This document shows positions 24,043 to 38,033 of a stretch of DNA of 64,000 bases, piece after piece. The position numbers and the translations under genes are program-made. The notes beneath the pieces are model-generated. The model did not search any database and had not been told where the DNA came from. It worked only from the letters and a program-made list of their open reading frames with translations. Origin of the DNA: Eledone cirrhosa. Taxonomy: Eukaryota. The DNA lies in NCBI GenBank assembly GCA_964016885.1, contig OZ024740.1, positions 109,926,001 through 109,990,000 of the forward strand. The letters run 5' to 3'. Numbering within the stretch: the stretch's first letter is position 1; each line of letters starts with the position of its first letter.

Positions 24043-24495
24043 CTACAAAAGCCTGTAGGGCAATAATAAACAGGAAGGGGCTAAGTCAGAGCCTTGGTGA
24101 ACACCTACTTCTAAGCTAAATTCTTCACTGTATTCATTGTTAATTTTAACCTTGCTGACTGTTCCTCTATACATGGATTGTATAGCTTTCACAAGCCATT
24201 CATCTATTTCTAGTTTTCTAAGAGCCCACCAGATAATGGAGCAGGGGACCCTATCAAAGGCTTTCTCCAAGTTCAGAAAAGCTAAGTAGAGGGGCTTACT
24301 TTTAGCTAGGTACTTCTCCTGTAGTTACTGTACAAGGAAGAGAGCATCCGTGGTACTTTTACCTGGCACAAACCCAAACTGCATTTCATCTAGATCAATT
24401 TGGTCTCTAATCAATTGTGTGATAACTTTTTCTGTGACCTTCATGACCTGGTTTAACTAACTTAATGCCTCTATAGTTTTCTCTATTTAGATGAT
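24043..24495 (-). mobile_element. RTE RT internal fragment
   Basis: EKAFDRVP...WWALRKL...VGVHQGS. Older RTE remnants lie at ~24990-25450. Confidence 0.85.
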
Positions 24496-25671
24496 ATATA
24501 TGCATATGTATATATCATCATCATCATCACAATGCAAACATGGAAAAATAGATGTTAAATGAAAAATCCTCATCCTCATATAATTGTTTCTACTTTTGGC
24601 ACAAGGCCAGCAATTACCCCAGTACATTACTGGTGCTTTATTTTATCGACCCTGTAAGGATGAAAGGCAAAGTGAACCTCGATCGGATTTGGACTCAGAC
24701 CGTAAAGGGACGTAACTATTTCATGCTGGTATGGATTGGTTGAGTTATTGCAGGAAAAGTCAGTACTTAACTGGACCTACTGCCCTCCTAGTTTGGGCTC
24801 TTCCACATGCCAGCCCCCTTGCAGAGTGTACTGGGTGCATTTTATCATGGCACACCCACCTGAGAGGTTGTCATGGCTAACGTTTTTGGCAAGGTTTGTA
24901 TGAGTGGATGCTCATCTTAAACAGAGTGTAGTGGGTTGTATAAATTGGATGTTTGTCACCAAGTATGTCATAATTAGAAAAAAATTGTTTTATGTCTGTC
25001 TTCCTATGTTTGCATGGGTTGAATAGGTCTTCTCCAGCACAGCTTCGCTCCACTTGCTGCATTTCTTCAACATCTCTGTGAGATTCAGTGATTTAAGATA
25101 ACTTTTCACTACTTCAGTCCAGGTTATCCTTTGGCATTCTCTTCTGTAGCTCTCTTTCACTGGCATCACTTGGCACATCACCCAATGATCAACATCTATA
25201 TGTATCATACCAGTGCAATCACATCTGCACATTACATCAAATTCTCATATTCTTAGTTTTTTTTAGTTTTTCTATCAGCTCTTCTTTGCTTCATCTTTCA
25301 TGAATATTGACATTACACACATGGAACATACTCAATACTTTTCTCTCCAGTCCTCTCATATCCTCTGCATTCACTGCCCATATCTCACTACCATGCAGTA
25401 TTACACTTGGTATGAAGGTAGCACACAACTGGCCTTTCATTTGGATGTACATGTGTAGAGATATACCCTAGTCTCCCAGTAAAGTATATTAATCTAAACC
25501 AAAAATAAATAAATAGATTAAGTTAATATTCCATCAAAATTGGTTTTGTTGTAAGAACTGAGTCTTAGTTGACAGTTTATGGTGGAATAGATAGTAGGAA
25601 GGAGATGTAAGCTGACAACACACACACACACACACAAACCTTTTACGTGTGTGGAGAGCTGTATATGTGTG

Positions 25672-25729
<58 letters not shown>

Positions 25730-27219
25730 CCAAACAGGACTGTAGGAGGCAACAGACTGCATGTGTATGTATGTATATTTATACACACAGTATATAATAA
25801 AACCCATGCAAGCATGGAAAAATGAATGTAAGATGATTGTGATAGTGATGAGAGAGAGATGGGGGAAAGTTGAGAGAGGGAGAGAGATGATAGTGTAATG
25901 TAGTGCTAATGAAAATATATAAGTAAATGTCTACCCCACACAGTCAGCCAAACACACACGCATGCACACACACAGTCAGTCAAACGCACACACACACTCA
26001 AATATATGCATCTATACACATACATGCACATACCTCCCCATCACATGCAAATATCAAGACATACACAGAAATATGTGTACACTTATATACGTCTATAGAT
26101 GCATATATACAAATATATGCATCTATAGACAGATTAACAAATACATAAATACACACATATATATATCTGTGTGTGTGTATATATGTATATATATGTGTGT
26201 ACGTATTTACATATTACTTGCACTGATTAACTTCACTAAGATAAACATAATTTCCCAAGACAGTTCTGATCACATTAAGATTGTGTATGCGTAGTGTATG
26301 TTTGTATTTGTGTGTGTATATATGTACATCTCTATACACGTCAGTATGTATGTGTACTATTCATGCATGTATGCACAAACGGGTTAGTTATGAAAAGCCA
26401 CATAAACACACATAAACTGATAGAAATGTTTAGTAATAATAAACAGCAAGGCAATGGATTCAAACCTCAAAAGCAACAACAATACACAAAGTGTATGTGT
26501 ATATATGTGTGCATGTGTGTGTGTGTGCGTTTTCATGTCTCTGTATATATTGGTGCTTGTGTTTATGTTTCATAAAACTTAGCAGTTCAATAAAATAGAG
26601 ACTGATAAAAAAGTCCCACTACTTTTGGTACAAGGCTAGCAATTATCCAGTACATTACTGGTACTTTATTTTATCGACCCCCATATGGATGAAAGGCAAA
26701 GTCAACCTCAGTGGGATTTGAACTCAGATCGTAAAGGGACGTAACTATGCTGGAAAGCATGTCCGACCCTCTACCGATACTGCTAATCCACCGCCCTCTT
26801 GAAAAATAATACTAGGTAGATATAATCAATTAAAACAAGGTGATGTCCTGGCGTTGGCCACAGTTTAATGAACAGAAAGAAAAAACACAAATGAATATAT
26901 ATATATCCAGGTTACATTTTCATTTGCTAGTAAATGTGGTTGCAGCTCCCAAACTGGTTCTGCTGTGACCAACTGGTCTGTCCTTTCTCATAACAGTGCC
27001 ATCCAGTTTCACACTATAAATGTTGTTAGTGTTACAGAGGGAGGGGGAATCCAGCTGTAAAAGTCCCGGCCAAATTTACAGTTCTGTCTGAGCAAGGTAC
27101 GGTGCAGCCAATCTGACCAGACTTGTTTCATGACGTGGATGACCTGTCTAACCCATGCAAGCATGGAAAATGGATGTTAAGCGGTGACGATATGCACGCA
27201 TACATACATGTATGCATGT

Positions 27220-27337
<118 letters not shown>

Positions 27338-27403
27338 CTAGGGTTGTATATTGAATGAATAGTATACAAATTGTTCAAGTAAACAATTTTATGTGTATAT
27401 ATA

Positions 27404-28289
27404 TAGGGTGTGGACGATATTTGTTCGCAATTTTCAACTGCTAATTTTATGCAAATTTTTTTTACTTCTCTTGTCACTCTTGTCTTCATAAAGACAGTGA
27501 CTATATTTCCATTATTTATTTTCAGAATAATTGATTATGAATAATTTTGAACCTCCAAATTTGTGGAAGAGACACGGAGTTCTTCTTGGAATCCGTGCCG
27601 GGAAGACAAATAAGACCAGAAGATCAACTCCCAGAGCAACAGGTGGCTCGCTGGCTCATCCAAAGACGTGCCCAGAGTCATGCAGACAAAGTTTCAAGTA
27701 ACAACATTGGTCTTAGGTGTCGTCAGCAGTCAAGGTGACGTCATGCCACTTCACTTCTGAGGGCCTCAAGCTGAACACGGATGGCTACATCCGTGTTCTG
27801 AGTGAGGTAGTAAAGCCCTGGATCGACCAGGTAGCTGCAGGTAGGCCGTACGTGTGGCAGCAAGACTCAGCGCCCTGCCATACCAGCCAAAAGACCCAAG
27901 CCTGGCTGTCAGAGAACTTCGTCGACCACACTTCACCTGACATCTGGCCTCTCAGCTCGCCTGACTGCAACCCCCTCGACTTCTTTGTGTGGGGCGCAGT
28001 GGAATGAGACATCAACAGATCTAGCTGCAATACGAAAGATGATCTGATGGCCAGGATCACAAGTGCCTTTAGGGGCCTAAGTCGGGGGACAGTGACGAAG
28101 GCCTGTAGCCGGTTCCGAGACCGCTTTGAGCCCGTCATCAAAGCCAATGGCCGGTTTATTGAGTGAGATCGAAAGAACAAGTCATGAAGACAAACTGAGC
28201 CAAGTTTGATAAATATATCTTAAAAAATAAAACTACTGTGTTATTTTTTCCTAGACAGTAATCTTGCGAACAATATCGTCCGCACCCTG
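27404..28289 (+). mobile_element. Internally deleted mariner-like element, DD37D (maT) type
   Basis: TIRs (T/C)AGGGTG(T/C)GGACGATATT(T)GTTCGCAA with TA flanks. WQQDSAPCH...SPDCNPLDFFVWG has 37 residues between the last two Asp. Confidence 0.9.
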
Positions 28290-28765
28290 TATATACGTGT
28301 GTATGTTTATATATATATATATATATATCCATAGTTATTGATTCCTCCACATCCCATATTTATTTTAGTAATTCCAGCTACCATTCATTGAACTGTAAAT
28401 ATTTGTCAAGACAAGCGGAGCAAGATTATTAAGTAGAAGAACTCTATTCAAACAGATTTATGGAACAGACTAAATATAAACTGATCAAATATGTGTCATT
28501 TTGTTTTTATATTTGATGAAAAGTGTGGATGCTGAATTTGAGACAGACCATGCCGTATATAATAGGTTTCTGTCTAACAGTTAACCCTTTTCATACGAAC
28601 CCAACCAAAACACAGCTCTGCTTCTATGAAACAAAATCACCTATTTTAAAGGGTTGCTATTTAAATTAAAATTTTCCAATATAAGTTTATGTAATTACCA
28701 TATGCTAAGTTACTATCTTAGTAACAAAATATTAATTTTAGTAAATTCCTCAAAATTCTTAATCA

Positions 28766-29198
28766 TCGTATATACTTGTATATAAGCTGAGATTGATAGT
28801 AAAATATTTTGTAATTGGTAGTAAAATATTTTGCAGATTTTCACCTACTTCAAATTCTATGCAAATAAGGTGCTAAAATATTTTCACTTTGGAAATTAAT
28901 ATTACACTGGTTTTACTTCTGAGATGAAATTTGGTTTTCCTGTTGTCGGAAATTGATAAAAAATCATTACATAATGGAATTGTGAAACAAAAGCTATACT
29001 CTAAACAACACTTAAAACATTTTAAGTATCAAAACATTAAAATTTCATAAATATATTCTCCACTCATGAGAATTTCAAAACTACACCACCTAAACTTAAT
29101 GTGTTGATTACCTGCCTTGGCTTATATACAGAGTTTGGATTTTTGTCCATATTTTGGATATAAAATAAGGGATTTGGCTTATATTCGAGTATATTCAA
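28766..29198. mobile_element. Probable pogo/Tigger-like MITE
   Basis: Imperfect TIRs CGTATATACTTGTATATAAGCT / GGCTTATATTCGAGTATAT. Confidence 0.45.
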
Positions 29199-30444
29199 GT
29201 AATTGAAATAGAGTGTAATTTATTAGATATAAAGTCATAAAAGATTTAACCCTTTCAACAACAACACAACAAAAAATATTTGAGACTATTTTACCTGCTA
29301 AAGTAGGAGTTAGCCTTGCATGCCCCAAGATAGCATTCATACTTAACATGGGGGTCTTTTTGAGGCAATGTTTTTCAGTTGGATGTCCTACCTAGCATCA
29401 ACTCTTTAGTCACCTCTTACAACATGCAGGGATACAGTGTACCTATCCTAAACTGGATACACAGTATAATATTTAATTTTTTTGTTACCATAAAAGGAAA
29501 AGAAAAACAAAAAAACATTGCCCATAGTTCCATAGTTTCCCAAATCTTGAACTGCAAACATTTGTGTCAGGTCACTGATCTCTGGATAATTTCCATCCAC
29601 CTGTCCTAGAGACCTTGAAAAAGTATCACTGCTGCTAACTCATGTAACTAATCCCTAAAACTCCCCATGGTGTGAGGTGTTGCAGATTGTCACACTTGAT
29701 GGTGAATTGCCCATCCCCTATTTTTTTTTCCTTCTTTTTTCTTTCCTTTATCATTTTTGTTCATGAATTTTTATTATTGTTATTATACAGTTTAGACATA
29801 TTTGTTCTTCTGAAGAATTGTGAGCAATTTTTAATGTTATTTATGCATTTGTTATGTTATTTATGTATATATTTAAAACATATTTGCAACGTTATTCTAC
29901 TGTAAATTTATACAACTATAATAAAATATAAGGTAGATAACATGAAGTAAATGGGATCAATTTAACCCTTTCATTACCCTATTTCTAAGGAAATCCACTG
30001 TATATATTTTTTTGAGATCGTTTTGAAAATAATAAAAGAAAAATTTTGAGGGATTTATTAATACAACATATTTACTCATAATTATGCAACTGATTGGAAT
30101 ATAACAAAGGTTCTTACATAAAATTATGATGAAAAAAAAAACAGCTTGGTATCATAGAACTAAGGGAAGCTTCAGGCAGTTTGGTATCAGACCACACTAC
30201 TACATGTGTCATCAAATTTCTGTCTCACTCCCTAAGCGTTAGACACTCTTTATTTGGTAGGTCTGGAGGAAGGGTCAGTGCTCATGGCCTTAACAGGTCC
30301 TCCAAAACCATAGAGGTCATTGCTACAAATGCTCACTTTAAACAGTTGCAAGCCTGTCAAGCCTCAGAAAATGATGACCCATGTAACTAATGCAAACATA
30401 GAAAATAAATGATCTTGATTATATATATATATACACTCTTTTCC

Positions 30445-32138
30445 TAGTACGACAACTACAAGAGAAGTACCTAGCTAAAAGTAAACCCCTCTACTTAGCT
30501 TTTGTAGACCTGGAAAAAGCCTTTGACAGAGTCCCCCACTCCATTATCTGGTGGGCTCTTAGAAAACTAGGTGTAGATGAATGGCTTGTGAGAGCTATAC
30601 AAGCTATGTATAATGAAACAGTCAGTAAGGTTAGAATTAACAATGAATATTGTGAAGAATTTAGTGTAAAAGTTGGTGTTTACCGAGGCTCTGTCCTTAG
30701 CCCCCTCCTATTTATTATTGCCCTTCAGGCTATAACAGAGGAGTTCAAGACCGGCTGCCCATGGGAACTCCTATACGCAGATGATCTAACGCTCATAGCT
30801 GAATCAATGGCTGAACTAGAAAAGAAATTCCAAACATGGAAGCATGGCCTAGAATCAAAAGGCCTTAAAGTTAACTTGTCTAAGACTAACGTTCTAGTTT
30901 GTAGAAAGGAAAATAAGGAACAGGTACCCTCAGGGAAATGGCCATGCTCAGTGTGTAGGAAAAGAGTAGGCAGAAATTCTATTTTATGTCCCAAATGCAA
31001 AGTATGGGTACATAAAAGATGTAGTGGGATCACAGGTAAACTATCTAAGAATGTAGACTTTATATGTGGCCGATGCTCAGGTGCAATAGGTAGCGAGTGT
31101 CCACAGGATACTAGCCTCTTCTATTGCCCAGATGGTTCTATAGAAATAGTAGACACTTTCCGTTACCTGGGTGACAAAATCAGCAGTGGTGGAGGGTGTT
31201 CTGAAAGTACAGTAGCTAGAGTCAAAACGGGATGGAAAAAGTTAAGAGAGCTTATACTGCTGTTGGCCACAAAACGTTTCTCTCTAAAAATGAAAGGCAG
31301 ATTGTATGATGCTCGTATACGAAGAGAATGCTACATGGCAATGAGACATGGGCATTACGTGCAGAGGACTTGCGTAGACTGGAAAGGAATGAAGCATGCA
31401 TGCTCCGTTGGATGTGTAATAGTAATATACGTGAACGGCAAAGCATAAATGAACTAAGTGAGAAATTAGGAATAAGAGGGATCAGATGCTGTTTACTCGA
31501 GAGAAGACTATGTTGGTATGGCCACGTGATGCACATGAAAGACGACAGCTGTATAAAAAAGTGCAGGGCGATCAAAATTGATGGTAGTTACGGAGTAGGT
31601 AGACCCAGAAAAACCTGGGATGATCTGATAAATTCCGACCTTTCACACTTGCACCTCTCTAAGACAATGTCACTGGACCGAGATCTTTGGCGCTATGCAG
31701 TAATACAGAAGACCCGCCTTGCCTATGTACAAAGCGAAACCTACAGTCAGTAGGCACGTCTTAACCAAATATACACCCCAATCCACTACCCCTACCCTAT
31801 CCTCCCACTCCCACCAACACCACCCTCTCTATAAAGTTGGTTCCACAACATCCAGTCCAAATGATAATGAGATCGAGGTCGTGTAGGTGTCACGAGAAAA
31901 AAAACTCACAGTCCACGCTGTAATGTGGCCGAGTAGGTAACACGGTAAAAAGTTCCCAGTTTCACACTGTAAATGTGGTTGGTGTTAGGAAGGGCATCCA
32001 GCCGTAGAAAACCTGCCAGATAGTCCTATATGAGCGAGACATGGTCATCCAACCAACCTTGCCTCAAGTGGGACAACTCCCGTCTAACCCATGCTAGCGT
32101 GGAAAATGGACGTTAAACGAAGATAATGATGATGATGA
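30445..32138 (+). mobile_element. RTE LINE, 5'-truncated, frameshifted near 31325
   Basis: ORFs 30588..31448 and 31328..31753 give RT-PHD and the C-terminus. 3' UTR with (GAT)n tail. Confidence 0.92.
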
Positions 32139-32234
32139 TATATCCCAAAATGACTGACTGAACTGATGTTTTCTCCCTCAGTTTTTTTTTTGTTCTTTCC
32201 TCTTCTTACTCTTTATCTTTCTAATTCTCATTGT

Positions 32235-32275
32235 ATATACTGATGAAAGACTATTGTCCGAAACCGTAAGACTGT
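32235..32275 (+). ncRNA. Minimal hammerhead-like motif (PLE terminal remnant)
   Basis: CTGATGA-AAGAC-TATT-GTCC-GAAA-CCGTAAG at 32240-32270. Confidence 0.5.
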
Positions 32276-32659
32276 TTTCCTACCATATCAAGTGTTAAAC
32301 TAATATATTTCTTCAGTGTACTGTATTGTTTGCTTTTGTCATTTCCATTTAACATACATACACACATATACAGAGAGAGGAGAACATTTAGAGTTGTTTG
32401 ACAGTCAGTTAGATACTACTTGCTCTTTATTGATCCGTTTGACTAAGATAAAAGGTGTGGAATGGTTGCAGAATGGAATTATGTAGAAGGATGTTAATCA
32501 GTAGAGACGTGTTGGTTAGTTGAGGTGACCATGTCATTGTAGCATGATAGGTTTGGTAGTAGTGGTAGTGGAGATATTGGAGTTGATAACATGGAGGTTA
32601 TGGCTGTTGGGTGGGATATAGATGTGTGTGGACATGTAGCCAATGAGAGTAGAAGGCTA

Positions 32660-33420
32660 GTTAGAGAGAGAAAGAGTAGGTGCGGAGGGAGGAGGAAGGG
32701 AGAGTAGGAGAGAGAGAGAAGAGAGAGAGGAGAGAAGAGAGAGAGGAGAGAGAGGAGGGGGAGGGGGAGGGAGGAGAGAGGGGGGAGGAGAGAGAGAGGA
32801 GAGAGGAGGAGAGGGAGAGGGAGGAGATGAGAGGAGAGAGAGAGGAGAGAGGGGAGAGGAGAGAGGGGAGAGGAGGAGAGGGAGAGGAGGGAGAGGAGAG
32901 GAGGGAGAGGAGAAAAGAGGAGAGAGAGAGAGAAGAGAGAGAGGGAGAGAGGAGAGAGAGAGGAGAGGAGAGGAGAGGGAGGGAGAGGAGGAGAGGGAGG
33001 GAGGGAGAGGAGGAGAGGGAGGGAGAGGAGGAGAGGAGGAGAGGGAGGGAGAGGAGGAGAGGAGGAGAGGGAGGGAGGGAGAGGAGGAGAGGGAGGGAGA
33101 GGAGAGGAGGAGTAGGGAGAGAGGAGTAGGAGGAGAGGGGGAGAGGAGTAGGAAGAGGAGGAGAGGGAGAGGAGGAGTAGGAGGAGAGAGAGGATAGGGA
33201 GGGAGGGGAGAGAGAGTGAGGGAAGAGGGAAGGGAGAGAGAGGGAGAAGTGGGAGGAGAGAGGGAAGAAGTGGGAGGAGAGAAAGGGAGAAGAGGGAGGA
33301 GAGAGAGAAGAGGGAGAGAGGGAGAAGAGAGAGGAGGGAGGAGAGAGTGAGAGGGGGAGGAGAGAGGAGATAGATTTTAGAAAGAGAGAAGGATGATAGA
33401 CATAGGAAAGAGAGAGAGAG
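32660..33420. repeat. Polypurine GA-rich low-complexity tract
   Basis: Almost exclusively G/A on the plus strand. Confidence 0.95.
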
Positions 33421-34519
33421 GTAGGGAGAATGAAGAAGTTAACACAAAATGGATATAGGTAAAAGAAAAGAGAGTGAGGTTGAAAGAAAGAAAATTATGC
33501 AGAGGATGGGGAAGAGGAGAGACAAAAAGTAATACACACACATATACATATATACAAATAAATACACACATATACATACATATATGCAAATAAATACACA
33601 CATATACATACATATATGCAAATAAATACACACATATACATACAAACACCATTGCCATCATTATTTAACGACTATTTACCCTGAGAGCAAGGATTGATAC
33701 TGTACAACTCAGTAGTTCATTAGAGCTACTGACCTTACAGATCGGCCAGGATCCTGCTTCTCACATGTTCCTATACTCTGAAGAGTGCTCTGAGTTCATT
33801 GTACCATGTCACCAGCACTAGGGGGGGGGGGGGACATGTCAACACAGCTGAAGAGTCCTCCCAAGCCTTTCTGGATGCCTATAACCAAGCTCTTTACAGA
33901 GTGTACTAGGTGTGTTTATTGAGTATATCACCAACACTAGAGATGTTGTGCCCTTGACATAACTGAAGACTATTCTTGACTCTTTCTTGGCATGAAAAAA
34001 AAATGACCATATATATATATATATATATATATATTATTTCCAGGTACCTTATAAATATGACTTTCCGTATTTATTACTGTTGTGCAATATGATGGTTTTT
34101 TGGTTGTCACTTCTCTGTTTTTAGCCTAAGAAAATATATATATGCCTGTGTAAATAATTACATGCATACTTTCATTTTTTAAAATTAATTGAGTTCTTAA
34201 CACGTGGAATTGATATTAGTTTTGAAATAACTAATTAACCCACGTATATTTAATATTTTACTCTTAATTCGGCCAGAGATTTACATTCCCGATTGCCCTT
34301 TAAAGCGTAACTTTCCGTATTTACTACGGTTATTAAATGCGGTTTGTTATTCGGGTACGACTTCTGTTTTTAGCCTAAGAAAATATCTATATGCGTGTGT
34401 AATTAATACACGCATGCATTTATTTTTTATTTTCAATTGAGTTCTTAACACGTTGGATTGATAATGTTTTTTGAAAAAACTAATTAACCCGCGTGAATAT
34501 TATTTTTTCTTTTCTCGTA

Positions 34520-34655
34520 TATTGGTTGTCTCCCCTTCCCGCTTCGTGACGCTATAATACTTCCTCAGTCAAAAACTGCTGGAATTTCAAATTTGGCGGT
34601 CATTCGATGCGTGAGGGAGCAGCTTAGCAGACACGATTTTTAACTGCGGTAAGAA
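34520..34655 (+). promoter_or_regulatory. Candidate core promoter and non-coding first exon
   Basis: Locally CpG-rich sequence with ATTGG (34521), TGACG (34547), ACTTCC (34559), Inr-like TCAGTC (34565) and donor-like CG|GTAAGA (34649). Confidence 0.4.
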
Positions 34656-35041
34656 TTTTTTCTTATATCAAAGTTTAATGGGCTTCCACTGATGATTTAT
34701 TAGCGCCCACCTAAATATATTCTACATAAACTGGAAATATTCTCCTAATTTGTAGAAAACTTATAATGAAACAATTGTTTGGAAAGAGAGATATATTTTA
34801 ACTTTAATTATATCTCATAAAATAATACAACTGGCTTTCCACATAATACATATAGTTAGCACCCCAAACACTTAAATTGGGTTTATACTAACATATAACC
34901 TAATGTTTGTTGAGTGAGATGGTTACCAGTCAGAGTTTAGCTTTAAGCTATCTCTGTTATTGTATTAAATATATATATATATATATTATATATTATGGAA
35001 TACTGTTGGCTTTTCGCTACAATGTTTTCTATACCTTTCAT

Positions 35042-35085
<44 letters not shown>

Positions 35086-35224
35086 TCCAAAATACGGCCA
35101 CACGCGTGCACACACACAAATCCTTAATTGCTCGCACACTCACACAAACACGCACATAAGTATCGGTGAATACACACCTGCATTGCCACCCCACCAATTA
35201 CACCAAAATACACACATACACCCA

Positions 35225-35652
35225 CTCATCAAGCTCCTTCGTCGTCATCTCTGTGAGATCCAACAATTTGAAGTTAGCTCTTGCCACCTCTGCCCAGGTC
35301 TTTCTTGGGCCTACCTCTACTGTGGCTTCCTGCCACTTCTTCACCCAGTGATCATCATCCATGTGCATTACATGTCATTACCGATGCCCTTACCAATGCA
35401 CACCACTTTTGATTCCTCACAAACCCACTTTCTCCCTCAGTTCATCCAAGCTCTGCCTTTCTCACACATTTACATTGCATATCAAATGAAGCATGGTTAC
35501 TTCATTTCTATGCAACCTACGCATGTCGTCTGGAGTCACTGCCCATGTTTCACTACCATGCTGCATCACACTTCACACACAGGTGTCATACAGTTGTCCT
35601 TTTGTACATAGGGAGAAACCTACTGTTATGAACAGTAGGAGCAGCTCTCTAA
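35225..35652 (-). mobile_element. Old RTE C-terminal fragment
   Basis: Degenerate reverse-complement similarity to 1020-1480. Confidence 0.65.
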
Positions 35653-35731
35653 ACAATATATATATATATAAAATAAAATAAGTAAGTCAAATATGTAAAA
35701 TTTGGCTTCGTTTATTACAAATTATAAATTT

Positions 35732-35786
35732 ACTGCTATATATATTTCGGTGACAGCTATTATTGGCCTTGACCTCTTCAGGCAGT
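35732..35786 (-). ncRNA. Complete minimal type I hammerhead ribozyme motif
   Basis: ACUGC-CUGAAGA-GGU(20 nt)ACC-GAAA-UAUAUA-UA-GCAGU: 5-bp stem I, intact core, palindromic stem III. Confidence 0.8.
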
Positions 35787-36358
35787 CCGAATTGGTGTGG
35801 AAAAGACATAATAAACGAAGCCAAATTTTACATTACTCCAGAGTAAACAAATCAACCTGTATACTGAGGTGTCGGTAAACAACTAACATATACTATATAT
35901 ATATATATATATATATAGAGTATATGTTAGTTGTTTACCGACACCTCAGTATGCAGGTTGGTTTGTTTATATATATATATATATATATATATAAACGTTT
36001 GAATATGTGTAATAAGGCCAAAACAATGCAGGTATGGACATAGAAAAAAGAATGCAATAGTAAAAGATATTGTTGAGAATTCGTCTTTCACCTTGAATTT
36101 ATTTAAATGTCCTTAATTTTCGAGATAATATCTCTTCTTCAAACGTTTATACCTCATTACACAATGCTTCAAGTGAACTATAACCTCCTCCATATATATT
36201 GTATCAAAGGCCCTGAACTCCCGATGATAGATAGGGGTATTGTTATGACATCTGTTGTGGCTGCCTATTTGTCTTCATTAAAGATTTACCTTTCCACCTT
36301 TTAACATTATGTGCCTATCGTTTCCTCCATCTACCTCTCATTATTTCTCCTTTCACAA

Positions 36359-36550
36359 GGGCGGTGGATTGGCAGTATCGGAAGAGGGTGGGACGCCATG
36401 CTTTGATGCATAGATTTGCGGCCCTTGCTATTCTGAGTTCAAATCCCGCCGAGGTTAACTTTGTCTTTCATCCTTACGGGGTCGATAAAATAAAGTACCA
36501 GTAATACACTGGATAATTGCTGGCCTTGTGCCAAAAGTAGAAACAATTAT
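36359..36550 (+). mobile_element. tRNA-derived SINE, (ATT)-tail family, with target-site duplication
   Basis: Full head to tail. ATTATTTCTCCTTTCACAA is repeated on both sides. Confidence 0.85.
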
Positions 36551-37179
36551 TTCTCCTTTCACAAAATGGTCTCTGCAAGACCACTGGATCTTATTACATG
36601 GCCATACCATCTCATTTTTCTATCCTTGAATGTTATGAGAGGAGTGTGTGTAATGTTGGATAATTTCGCAGACTTGATTGTTTGTGATGTAGTTTATGTC
36701 TAAGATGCAGTGCTAGCATCTCATTTCTATGTGCATGTGTAAGTATGAATGTGTGTGTGCGTGTGTGTGCGTGTGTGTATGTGTCTGTGTGTGTGAATGA
36801 GAATGCATGTGTGTGTGTATGTGTGTGGTGTGTGTGTGTGTGCATGCAGGGTGTGTGTGTGAGTGTATAAGCGTGTGTGCATGCATGTGTATGTATGAAT
36901 GTGTGAGTGTGTGTGCGTGTGGTGTGTGTGTGTTTGTATATACAGGATTATGTTTACATAGGAAAGCAAACAGAAACAAGAACATACAGTGTGGGTGTGT
37001 ATAACTTAAAATAAACATTAACAGTATTATCAGAAATTAATGGCTTCATACAGACACACACATACACACATATACACTACATGCTCCTATACACACATCA
37101 TCATCTTCATCATCATTTAATGTCTAACTTCCACGCTAGCATGGGTTAGACGGGTGACCATGTCTCGCTCGTATAAGAC

Positions 37180-37530
37180 TGTACATACACAACATGCACC
37201 TATACACACATACACTACATGCACCTATACACACACACACATGCACCTATACACACACCCACTACATGCACCTATACACAAACAGACTACATGCACCTAT
37301 ACACATACACTACATGCACCTATACACACATACACTACATGCACCTATACACACATACACTACATGCACCTATACACACATACACTACATGCACCTATAC
37401 ACACACACACACACACTACATGCACCTATACACACAGACTACATGCACCTATACACACACACACTACATGCACCTATACACACAGACTACATGCACCTAT
37501 ACACACATACACTACATGCACCTATATACA
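37180..37530 (+). repeat. ~25-bp CA-rich minisatellite
   Basis: Unit ACTACATGCACCTATACACACATAC. Confidence 0.9.
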
Positions 37531-37996
37531 CATACTCACAAACACGTCTTTCTTACCCACACACATGCCACATGCACACACACACATACACACCACATGA
37601 ACACACACTACATGCACATACCACATGACCACATTTATACCACATGTATACACACACAAACAACATGTTATATACACACATACAGCTTGCTTACACACAT
37701 ACAGCTTGCTTACACACATACCACAAACATTCTGATGCACACACGCATATACGTAAAACTGATTAGACACAACGTCTGACACACACACACACACACAAAC
37801 ACAGTCTGACATTTCCACACAAATTACATTGACACATCCACACACAAACATCATATAGCATACATATACTCACACAATACTTAGTGTGATGTATATAGTG
37901 ACAATGGAAAATTAGCATACATGGGTATATGTATAAATATATGGATGTGTGTGTGCATATATAGATATGTACATGAACGAGTGTGTGTGCATATAT

Positions 37997-38033
<37 letters not shown>

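Noticed and set aside
32680-33129. 149-aa Glu/Arg-rich ORF
   Set aside because: Stop-free only because the tract is purine-only.
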